This document shows, piece after piece, positions 22,231-33,799 of a stretch of 64,000 nucleotides of DNA; positions within the stretch are counted from its first letter, which is position 1, and every line of letters begins with the position of its first letter. The DNA lies in the NCBI GenBank assembly GCA_002269645.1, contig NIVC01000905.1, forward strand, positions 62,001 to 126,000. The letters are read 5' to 3'. Position numbers and translations under genes: made by a program. The notes below the pieces were generated by a model. The model was not told the DNA's origin and did no database searches. It worked only from the letters and a program-made list of their open reading frames with translations. Source of the stretch: Macrostomum lignano (Eukaryota).

Positions 22231-24269
22231 GTTTTAGACAGTATTTTACAGTATAACAAATCCAAAGCGCAGATAAACTACGGATAATTTTACTGATATT
22301 GAATATGCTATTTTAATGTAATAAATTAATTATTTACTATTTATAATATGTACGTTATGAATAAGCTGCTGACTCAAAGAGGCTTCTAAAAAGAGAATGA
22401 AAGTTTGACTTTTAGAAATTTCGAGAAAGTTCTGCAACAGGCTACAATTAAAGCTAAAACAGAAGGAAATGTTTAAATTATATAATATAGTTCCATCATA
22501 GTATCTATTATCTCCATAATATAAGACTTGAAGATTTATACCTAATACAAATTGCTACCAATAGGATATAAATGAAATATATAAACTAATTATAACTATA
22601 GCTTATTATAATCTATTTAGCCATTTAGAGCTATGGCCATTTTGGTATGTGGCCATCTTGGACTCTTAGTCATATGCCAGAACCATCTCTAGTTCATAAT
22701 GCAAATGCAGAATCATACAATAAATTTCTTTATATATCTTTTTAATATAGTTACATTGCTATAACCTATAGCTAAATGTTTTTTCATTTTTCTAAAGAAT
22801 TGTTAAGAATTGAAACACATTACTGTTAGTATCTATCTATTCTAAAAATTACAATTTTTGTCTTATATTTCATGTTTTATTTCAAGTTAGTGGAATCTGT
22901 CATTTTAAAATTTATTATTCCACTGTGCACAGATTCTGCATTTTATTGTGCTATTCCATTCAATTCTATCTATACCGACTATAGATTCTGCATTTTACTA
23001 GGTAGGTATCCATTTTTATAATACTAGGCCTAGCTAGGCAACTTTCTAAAAAAGTAGGTCTAAAGATTAAAGAATATAGCATTATTTAATTTTGCAATAC
23101 TTGTAACTATAATTGATTCAATAAGTTGAATTGCTTTCATTTTAAAAAATACTCCATATTAATTCAAGAATATTTGCCTTTATTAGGGACTTAAATAAGG
23201 GTCTCTTAACTAGGGGTATATCCAAGGGGGCATCAGGAACATACATGCGCAACCCCCTTGATTTACACTAGCCATGCGACATACTTTTTGACCAAAAATG
23301 CAATTTACCTGTGAAAGAAACCCTAACACAATTTTGGGTAAATGGCAGGAGTAACTATGACTATAATATAAGGGCTAAATGCCTTGTCATCTAATTAGTA
23401 CTACGTCTGTATTCTTTAGGCTAGGCATTTTTGCGACTTACCCCTGGTCTACCACAATTTATGGTGGCCAGATTGGCTAGGTTGGCCAGCAGTTGTGCAT
23501 GCATGATCAGGAACTTTGCAATGTAAATGTAACCAATTGAATTTAAGAATAAAAAGCAAAATAATCTATAGGGTTCTGCTATAACCAAATTTTTCCTATA
23601 TCCATATCTATAGTCATATCTCAAATATTTTTCCATAGCCTATCCATATCTATAGCTAGTAAACTTTCTGTAACTGTTGTATATTGTCAAGACCTAGACC
23701 TTGATAGATGCCTTAGAGAGGCAGCTAGATGCTGCATGTGATATTTAGAGTATGTAGCAGTCTAGACAGCAAGACCAATGCCACATTCTATACAAGGGCA
23801 CACCTGATGCAACCTTCTGACTTGCTATGCAGGTGACAACTTCAACTGGCTAGCCATGTCATCCAGTTTAAGACCTGCTGCCTTGTTAGAGACCTATATA
23901 AAGTGCTGAGCACTTGATCAAGCTGCAGGGACTGCCCAAGCAAGGCCAAAGGCAAATGTCCTTTCTTCTATTCCCTTTTCTCTTTCTCCTCTCCCCTCTT
24001 TCCTTCCCTCTCCCCTCTCCTCTCTCCTTTCTTTTCTTTTCCCTTTTCACTAGTTTCTTTATCTCTCCTCTCTTCCTTTTCTTCATTCTCTCCTTTTCTT
24101 GTATTGTTTAAGTAACTAAAGTAACAAAATCTCCAATTCCTACCAATATCTGCAACAGCAATGGCTTACTCATCAGTTGGTTTTCAAGAAGCCTCCTTTG
24201 CAATCTAGCCTTCTTTGATAGTGGTAAATGCTAGGCAGCTTCCCTATCATCTTTATTCATCCTAACTTA

Positions 24270-26000
24270 AGCCTCTACCATCCCAACGACAATGTGCATA
24301 TGATGTCAAAAATGTTGTTTTTTTGTTCCCAAGGACTTAAGAGCAAGAGCTCATTTGTATTGAAAGTGATAACATATCTTAACTTTATTGCTCTATTCCA
24401 ACCTTAATGTGCATGTAGTGTCAAACATTTCTGTCTTTGTTGCTTAAGTCCCCGACTCTAGCAACTTGAGAATTCCCTTCATATTGAAAGTGAAAAGATT
24501 CATCTTAAATTTAGCCCCTAACATCCCAACCCTATCCTAGTCCCCAACCCTAGGGATTTAGAAATCCCGTCAAAAGTGAAAATATTCATCTTAACTTTAG
24601 CCCCACCACCCAATCCTAATGTACATGTGGCATCAAAACTCTCTATTGTTTAAGTCCCCAAATCTACAAAATTAGGAGCTCCTGCTGGGCTTGCATTGAA
24701 AGTTAAATCTTTCATTTTATAGCCCTTTCCCATAGTCAGGAAGGAGGCTTACATAACAATTTTTTGGGTATACATTTGCTATGCTGTATTCAGCCTGGTG
24801 TAAACTCTGGCATACAAAAAAAATATGGCTGACATACTTTGCATATACACTGGTGACACTAGCATACATTTTTACTTCTGTCACTTACCTGGAATACAAT
24901 ATTTACCAAATGTAATTTTAACATAAAGGTAAGAATAATAAAGTGTAAAAATGAAAAATGTTATTTTTTATTTTAAAACATATAGTTTAATATTGCAAAA
25001 CTTTTAAACTAAAAATCAATTAGTATATAATACAATAAATGAAGCATTTGTTTTTATTTTTGTTTTAAAAAGTGACAACATAAAATTTTAAAATAAAGAA
25101 TGTCAAGAAAATACTAACGATTGAATTATGATATATTTAAATTAGAGTTAAATTGAATCTAAGATAAGCCAGTAAGTGGGCGCAGGGCCCAAACAAGTAT
25201 ATTTATACCAGACATTAACTTAGGGGGTTTGAATTGCAGATAATAAAGAGAGAGGTAGAGTGCGTGACTAAATAGAGAGGCAAGAATGGAGAACCAATCA
25301 GAAGGCAGCAAGGGAGAGAGAGATAAGAATAACAAGATTGAGCTAGACACACAGAGAGAGAGAAAACAGTGTAAATAGAGACAAGTGAAGGTGAACTAAA
25401 GAAATGACTAGGAAAAGTCGCAACAAAGAATGTTTGTTTATTTTCGTTTTTGTATGATATAGTGCATTCAGCTAAGTTTAAGTCATTAGTTATCATTGCA
25501 TACCATGCACACAAGCTTTCTGTTCTGCAAAACTCTTTGTTTTTGTGTACATGTTAGGAAACACTTGGTAAAATGTTAGAAAAGCATTGAATTTTTAGGA
25601 AACAATCATCAAGTTAAATGACTTTATTAAGAATAGCTTGTCTAAGTTTAATGACCTTTTTAAAGAAAACTTTGGCATACACTTACATTTTTGGCATATA
25701 ATCAGCCATCCCCAAAAATCACTCCGGCATACACCTGCCACCTTCTTGCATATGGGCCTTTACCAGGCTACTACCCAACCATAGTGTGCATGTGACATTG
25801 AAACACTTTGCTGCTAAGTCCCCAAATCCATGTAGGGACTTAAGAGCTACCATTTGAAGTAAAATATTCATCTTAACTTAAGCCCCTACCATCCAACCAC
25901 AACATGGACATGGCATTGGCAATCTATGTTGATGCTTAAGTCCTAACTTCTAGTCCAGGGACTTATGAGTTTCCTTCACTTTGAAACAAGCAAAATTCAT
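24270..26000. repeat. Degenerate satellite of about 120 bp in two clusters (24270-24730, 25770-26000)
   Basis: Recurring AAAATATTCATCTTAACTTAAGCCCC...TTAAGTCCCC motifs; another fragment lies near 27630. Confidence 0.6.
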
Positions 26001-26286
26001 TTATTTCTACTACCCTAACCCTTTCAAATCAATAGCTCCAATGGTCTTTCAATTCTCAATTGAGTACTATTACTAGATATGGAAAGTACATGTTCTAGTA
26101 ACCATATCCACTGCATCCATATGCTTTGCCAAAAAACCTCCACATCTGTAACTTCCCATAGCAGTATCTATAGGTACAGTGGAACTCTAATAATTAATAT
26201 ATATATAAAAAAGTATGTTTATAGAGAAAAAAGACTTTACATAATATATATATGTAATTATGTATATGTAATTATATGTAATTATG

Positions 26287-26317
<31 letters not shown>

Positions 26318-27155
26318 CTGGCTTTCATTAGGATAATAATAAACTATGCCATATTTTCTTTGAAAACACAAGTAAGAAAGTATACTTAAATTTTAACAAA
26401 ATTATTATTCTTTTTTTCAACATATTAGCTTTGTTGTCATTAGTTAGAAAGCAACTTTTAATAGGTTAAATTATGTTTAATTACAAGATAATAGAAATAA
26501 AAATAATAATATAAATAATGACTAAAATGTTCTTTATAGTCTTCTCTACACATTTTAGGCTTAAGGCTAACTTTTATATGTAGTATTACAAAGATTTAGG
26601 CTATTGTGCTTATGCTTATATTAATTAGACTTTTTTATCAGTATAGATAAAGGATAAAAAGCTTTAAAATGTTATATTAGGCTAGGCATGCACATTGGTT
26701 AAATAAAGAAAATTTACTTTATTTATATACATATATATATATATATATAAGTATGTAATGGACAAAGTATGTTCCAAAAAGTTGAAATTTAGATAAAAAA
26801 GTTTTATAACTTTTTATTATTTGACCAATTGTCAAAAGTAAGGTGTATTCTACTTAGGCACATGAAATTCATAAAATAGAATTAAAAAATACAAAAAAAC
26901 TTAAAATCTCATCAGATTTGTTACCTTTGTCTTATTCTTATTTGTTTTAATTATTAAGTCTTATAGCAACTATAAGTTGTATTTTTCCTGTTTTAGATGC
27001 TAAAATTTCTGGTGTCATTCATGCTATTGTTTTTATTGCAACAAATAAACCATTAACTAAGATAGTTATGATTTTCCTGGACTTATAACTAATTTGCATT
27101 GTGTTAGCAGTATACAACCATACAATTGCATGCTAAAAGATAGTAAAATTTCACC

Positions 27156-28834
27156 ATGAGTGCTGACAGTCATGTGCACTTTGACCCGAGCCAACTTCCT
27201 CATCACAATCTGGAGATTATAGTTGAGCAAAACAGCATCGACGACGCCATGGATGTTCACCTTGGCTTCCTGCAGGTTGATCACATTTATAGCATTGAAG
27301 TGCCAATCAGCCACAGCCTTGGCCAAAATGTGCAGTGTAGTCAGAATGTATTTGTCCGACTGTTGAATGTGCAAGCCTCATCTGAGCCTGACTTGGACAC
27401 ATTCACCTTTGAGTTGTTCGCTCATAAAGAGAGACTTATGCAAGAGGTGGCTGTGCTTGAAAATCCTGACACTGGCAAGAGTATGGCGGTGAAATTTCAC
27501 GCCAGAGTGCTTGGTGAGTATCGCTTTTACTGTAATATTGTGAGGAAGTAAAGAATGAGAACAATAGTTTAACCTATCACTCATTAACAGTGTCTTACTT
27601 ATTTATTACATAAGAAGAATGGCTGGGGCTGCATTCATCTTAACTTAAGCCCCCACCCATAAAAATAAAGGCTCCAATGGTCTTTCAAGTCTTTTAAGTC
27701 TCAGATATGGGAACTAGATATGTTACATAATCTGTATGTTATCTGTCTTAAAAATCTGCTGTGTCCATAACTTCCTATATAGTTGTATCTGTATTATTTA
27801 GCACCTTAACTCTAGTAGGTAGGTAGCTAGGCGTAGTAGAAGTGGTCGATACAAAGAACTGTCTATGGCTAAAACTCTATTAACTGTCTGGAACTTTCTG
27901 AAGTTTATTTATAGAAAAATAGTCTATGGTAGTTGGTGGGGGCTCCGCCCATTTATGAAGGAGTAGCAAGGATCCAAGTGTCTATGGTCAGCGTTCTGGA
28001 ATTTACCCCCGTACTAAAGCTATTGGCTGATGAAATTCATAGTGACAAATTACAAGAGTTTGACTGGGTGCTGAGTGTACATTAAAAGAGCGCGGGTGAA
28101 GATTGAAACCATGAAATTTTGAACTCTTGGATTTCACTTTCTGACAAAATCACGGCATCTAGGAATTCCCTAAGACCATACGATTACGGCTTAGCCTTGA
28201 CAGAGGCCAGATGATGTACTCGTAATATAACATTTTGAAGATTGAAGATTGCAGACGGGGAGCTCAGCGGCAACGAGGCGCTCCATGCTGACTGAATTAA
28301 TAATAGCGACTGATACCTGTCACATTTCTCACTCTCTAAGTGTAGCTTAGACAGCAATGTTATGGTAAGAGTGCCTACACATGAGTCAAGAAGTCAGTCA
28401 TCAGGCAATCAAGGTTGCAGCAAACGTAGTACAGGCCTTGGTGACAATGCCCTGATAGTCTATAGGCAGTGCGACACTTATCAGTAAGGTTGTTGTTGGC
28501 ACATTTAATATCGTGTTAATATATTTGACTTTCGATGTGGAAGAAGTGAAAAACCAACCCAAGGTAGCAGGTCACGCAGACAGACTCCTGTTTGGCTCCT
28601 CGTCAGGCCAAAAAATGTGAACTTGCGTGACGTCACGATGAACCAAAGCAAAAAAATACTTGTTGAAAATATCCTTTTTCGAATGCTAATTGCAAGGTAT
28701 GACATCTAATCCTCTTACAAAAAACTAAATCAGGCAAGCACAAAGGCACTCCGGCATTGAAGAATGGTATTCGATCGATCGGGATTCGATCTGAGGACGA
28801 GAGCGAGTGCAGCGACTGGCAGGGTTTCGAATAG
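27156..28834 (+). CDS. ADISSP: ADISSP / C20orf27 (UPF0687) ortholog; exons 27156-27513 and 28734-28834 (152 aa)
   Basis: Family motifs SHVHFD, LGFL, FAHKE, HARVLG|KHKGTPALKNGI and terminal SECSDWQGFE*; phase-1 intron G|GTGAGT...aaatcag|GC joins them in frame. Confidence 0.88.
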
Positions 28835-29424
28835 CTACATCGTTGAGTAGTTTTTTGTTTAAACTGGTAAAATTATACTTTCTCTCAAGTTTCTAACCCG
28901 CTTCTGTTTCTATAGTTTTTTTTTAATAATTTTATCCAAATATTCGAATGCTCGAGTTAGTGACTACTGTAGAGCTGGTGCCAAAGTAGTATTTGATCAG
29001 GAACAGAAAGTCCGATTATTTCGTCATTAAAATCCTGTTCATTATTGCTTATAAAAATTATTCAAAAGCATTTTTAACCCTTCATTTTCTCCATTTTCAT
29101 ATATTATGATATTGGCAAGTTTTTGAATTGCCTTTAGTCTGTTTTTGTGTGCTTTACTACTAAAGTAAATATATAATAGGTTGTGTTTTTGTAGTTCATT
29201 GAATAATTTTTGCATTGTGCTTGTGCATGCTCTGATTCATTGATATTTGATTGCTTATCTCAGTTATGCCCATTAAATTATATATGCCATATTGCAGACA
29301 TGCATGCACATTTTCACTGAGTTTTTTCAACTGCAAAGCAATTTAAACATACGGCAAGGCAAGGGGCCATATTATGCTTTTAACTGTAACTTGACCATCG
29401 CGTTTGTCAAAGGTTCGGCTTACC

Positions 29425-30050
29425 GAAGCTGCTGGGCCAGCCTCCCAGATCCTCAGTTGCTGTGCCGGCCTCCCAGATCCTCGGTTGCTGTGCCAGCCTC
29501 CCAGATCCTCAGTTGCTGTGCCGGCCTCCCAGATCCTCAGTTGCTGTGCCAGCCTCCCAGATCCTCAGTTGCTGTGCCAGCCTCCCAGATCCTCAGTTGC
29601 TGTGCCAGCCTCCCAGATCCTCAGTTGCTGTGCCGGCCTCCCAGATCCTCAGTTGCTGGGCCAGCCTCCCAGATCCTCAGTTGCTGTGCCAGCCTCCCAG
29701 ATCCTCAGTTGCTGTGCCGGCCTCCCAGATCCTCGGTTGCTGTGCCAGCCTCCCAGATCCTCAGTTGCTGGGCCAGCCTCCCAGATCCTCAGTTGCTGTG
29801 CCAGCCTCCCAGAGTGTCCGTTGCTGAGCCAGCCTCCCAGATCCTCAGTTGCTGTGCCAGCCTCCCAGATCCTCAGTTGCTGTGCCGGCCTCCCAGATCC
29901 TCGGTTGCTGTGCCAGCCTCCCAGATCCTCAGTAGCTGGGCCAGCCTCCCAGAGTGTCCGTTGCTGAGCCAGCCTCCCAGAGTGTCAGTTGCTGGGCCAG
30001 CCTCTCAGATCCTCAGTTGCTAGGCCAGCCTCCCAGATCCTCAGTTGCTG
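29425..30050. repeat. 28-bp minisatellite CCTCCCAGATCCTCAGTTGCTGTGCCAG
   Basis: About 22 tandem units between two convergent genes. Confidence 0.95.
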
Positions 30051-30810
30051 TTGGGCCATCCTCTTGGATGATTTCATAAAGTGTTCTGAGATTTTTGTTT
30101 AGTTACATATTTTATATATTTAAGCCCTTTTTCATCAATGAATCGGTGTGTTTCCAGTTGTTAGTCTTAATCTACTTCGCAGTCCTAAGTTAATTTGTTA
30201 GTCATCATATTTTTGCGTAGAAACTAAAGTTTTGTTTTGTCAAAAAATGAACGGAAGTACTTATTTTATTAAATAATCTAGTTTATTTGTGCCTATACAA
30301 TCGAGCGTAATATACCTAGCACTGTTCTTAACAGAAATGCTTCTCTATTTAAGCTTGAAGCGAATTAAAGTGGTAAAAGATTTTATGAATACTTTTACCG
30401 AATTATTTTTTTATCTTAGTGAGAAAATTCAAGTAAAAATCAATTAATAAATGTTAGGTCTCTTAGAAAATATATTCTAAAATTGTTTTGTATTTAATAC
30501 TTATAAAATTAGTTCAACGAAAATAGAAGATAAATTACTTAGGCACTTTTACAATTCAAGATTTTATCATTTTGGCACTGTAAAACAAAATAATATAGAA
30601 TATAACATGTCATCTAATTGTCGTATGGTTATTAGAAAGCTACAATCGATGCTACAAGTGTGATACACGTGCTATATGATGCTTGTATTTTAACAATAAT
30701 TTAAATAGAACTAAATTTTAGTAATGTTGGTCGACCTTTTAAACGAAAACTATCGCAACAATCTTGGATAAAATGATCGTCTTGAATGTCGCTCTTCGGG
30801 TTACTAAGTA

Positions 30811-33526
30811 TTACTGTTGAGCACCATTAGAGCTTGAGCACTGCTGCAGCTCCTTGGAATACTTGGCCAGCAGTTCGTCAGCGTATCGTCTGGCGCTGGC
30901 GCCCAGCTCTCTGGCTGTCACATAGTCATCCAGAGCTCCTGTTAGGCTTCTGCAATTGTTTAGTTAGATATCATATTAATTTCCGAAATTCTAAAGTGCT
31001 AGAAAGTCACTGTATGTAACTATGCGTGTGCTTGCTTTTAACTTTTGCTGTTATAACCAAGCATCGTGGGTGAACTTACATGTATTCCCCTTACCCATCT
31101 TTTTAGGATTCGAATTTTAAGGGGCTGCGTGCACCCTGGCACACTCTAAGCGACATTGTCACACAACCGGCGAGAGGCATCATTGCCCATTACACCGACT
31201 CCCAGCCTGAGCGGACACACAAGCGCGCGGATACGTACGCAGTCATACGCACAGACACACACAGGAGTGTACGGCGGCCCTTACTTTATTTATAGTTAAG
31301 CATGTACACTTCACTGTGCCTTGGGGGTTGGGCCTCAAGGGCGTTAACTGCACGAGCAGAGCCAAGCCGAGATTCCAATTTAGTCCCAAATGAATGTGAC
31401 TGTGCACTTTAGAATCAAGTCTGGGCCGCTGGCACATCAGAGCGACGCGCTATACCACTAGACATATACTCAGCAACATTGAAAAGTCGCCACCCTTTGC
31501 CCCAGTGAGCAGTGTCTTTCGACCAGCGTCTATCACCTGGCCAATCATTTTGATGCGAAAAAATGCTTGAAAAACAATAAAAAACGGACGGAAACTTCAA
31601 TCCATCCAATCTTCGCCTTCCACTCTTCACAATCCCCGGATTCCCCGCACAACCAATCAGACGTTGGTGCGGACGTCCTCCTTTAAACGTCTGTGTGGTA
31701 TTGAAGTTTAACATAGGGCAAAACGTCTGATGGACGTCTATTAATTCAACTCCACTTTGGACTTTTGAACGTCGGACTCCTAAGTCTGTTTTTTAAGATA
31801 CACATGTACGCTTAGTTGAACGAAAGTAGTTGCCAGGCAAACGTCAGTTTGGAATAAGTCCGTGAAAAATACTTAGGTCTGCATTAGACGTCCATCAGAC
31901 TTTTTACCCTATGTTATACTTGAATTACTACATGGACGTTTAATGGACGCCGTCACCAACGTTCGATTGGTTGAGGGATCCCTCACTCACCCAGCCCAAC
32001 TCTGCGTCGCGTGGCGCAAGTTGCGGCACTCAAAGCTCAATACTGAGCTAGAATTTACTGCGCACTCTTAAAGGTGGCGACTTTTTAATGCTGTTGAGTA
32101 TACATGTATTCTCTGCCTAGGAGGTTGTCGCGAGAATTTGAACTCAGGTACGAGAGTTCGACAAGTTACCGCTGCTACTCAGTCTCACGATAATCGCAAT
32201 CAGCTCGTACCTCTCTAGAGCCCGTTGCTTAGGAACCGAATCTTCCCCAGACCGGCTGCGGAAGCTGTTCAAAGCCTCGTAGCCCTGCCAGATACTCGAC
32301 GCGGTGGCGGCTGAGCTGCGGAATCGATCGTAGTTGTAATTGCTGGCTGGCTCGTTGGCACTGACAGCTCCGTAGACTGACTGTGGCTGCATTGGCGTCT
32401 GATGGGTTCTTCGAATTCTGGCTAGGAATGATGGCTGATGCTGAGTCGGCTGCTGTCTCTGCTGCTGCTGCTGCTGCGGTGGTTGCGGCTTTGGAAGCGG
32501 AAACTGCAGGGCTCGTTGCAGTCGACTCATCGGCGCTCCGGTTCCGGCTTGCTGTTGATAAGCTCCCGTCTGTAGGTCCGATGAAAATGCCTGCGGCAGC
32601 TGCGCTTTCTGCTGCTGACTGTTCAGCTCTGCCTTCAGCCGCTGATTGACGGCTTCTCGTCGGAGTCGCGCCGTTTCGGCTGAGGCTGAGCCGACAAAAT
32701 ATCCGCCGCTACCGCCGCCTATGCTATTATCATCATTGAAGTAGAAGCCAGACTGCGGCTGCTGCTGCCTATCCAGACGAGCTGATGTCGCTTGCAGCTG
32801 CTGAGCCAACCGGCGGTTCTCCTGCTGCACCGACTGCAGCAGCTGCTCCAGCTCGCCGAGCCGACTCTCCAAGCCGGCGATGTCGCGAGAATCCGATTCG
32901 ACACGGGAGCGCAACTCAAGATTTTCTTGGCGAGTCGCTTGCAGCACTGCTCGGTCCTCCTCCATGATCTGCATGAGTTCGCTAGCCTGTGTTGGGGTTG
33001 ATATATCGTGTATTTCAGAGGCTTTTGCATGCGAAATCTTGAATAGAAGCATTTTGGAAGTTGCTATGTAGGTGGGTAGATAAATACTTACCTGGCTTTC
33101 GCCCTTCTCGAGTGCCGCAACCAGGTAAGCCTTCGTCTGGACATTCTGCCTCTGCAACCTGTCCAGACTGTTGTGCAATCGGTCAACGTCCACTTGTCGG
33201 CGATGCAGCTCCTGTCGTAGATTGGCGTCGGCTTCTCGACCAGCTCGTTCGCTTTCTAGCTTTGCTCGAACCTCATGAGCAACTCCAAGCGGCTGCTGCT
33301 GCTGCTGCTGTTGCTGCGACTGAAGCCGTGGCGATGCCGTCGAGGTTGGAGGTCGGAAGTGCGGCAGTTGGTTGCCGAAGCTGGGCGCGAAGGCGGTCAT
33401 CCGGGATGTGCCGCCGCCTCTGGGGCTGGAGGCAGCCATGGCGGCGCCGGCGGCAACCGCGGTTGCCATGGCTTCGCGCTCCTCCTCGTCGTAGACTGTG
33501 TAGTCTTCGTTGGCAGCTGGCGTAGG
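30811..33526 (-). CDS. Coiled-coil, Gln-rich protein (or 3' half of the gene at 33806-35590); exons 33526 (or ATG 33469)-33092, 32986-32211, 30949-30811
   Basis: Heptad-rich EADANLRQELHRRQVDVDRLHNSLDRLQ and LESRLGELEQLLQSVQQENRRLAQQLQ. CAG|GTAAGT...acacag|GCT (phase 0) and AG|GTACGA...attgcag|A (phase 2) give ...RALERSLTGALDDYVTARELGASARRYADELLAKYSKELQQCSSSNGAQQ*. Confidence 0.7.
31462..32105. mobile_element. Nested inverted-repeat (MITE-in-MITE-like) element inside an intron
   Basis: Outer IR of about 40 bp (31462-31500 vs 32065-32105) and inner IR of about 85 bp (31660-31742 vs 31885-31972). Confidence 0.55.
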
Positions 33527-33799
33527 CTGTTGGAATGGTTGTTGGACATTGGTTCATTTCCCGTGATAGTGATATCCATTGTATATTACGAGTAGGAACC
33601 CTGCGTTGCTTTGAATCGCAAGACTTAACGACAACAAGATATTAAACAAAAACTATTAAGGTGTCATGTTTTTATTTTATTATTGCCGAAAGTCTGGCTT
33701 CTAAAACGCGTCGAACGATATTTGTGGACCTCCTGCTTGTCAACTACTGTTAAGGGACTTAAGGTACTTAAGGGACTTAGACTTAACTTTAAATACGCT

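Noticed and set aside
29292-30023. ORFs with PASQILSCCASLPDPQLL repeats on both strands
   Set aside because: 28-bp minisatellite read-through without unique coding flanks.
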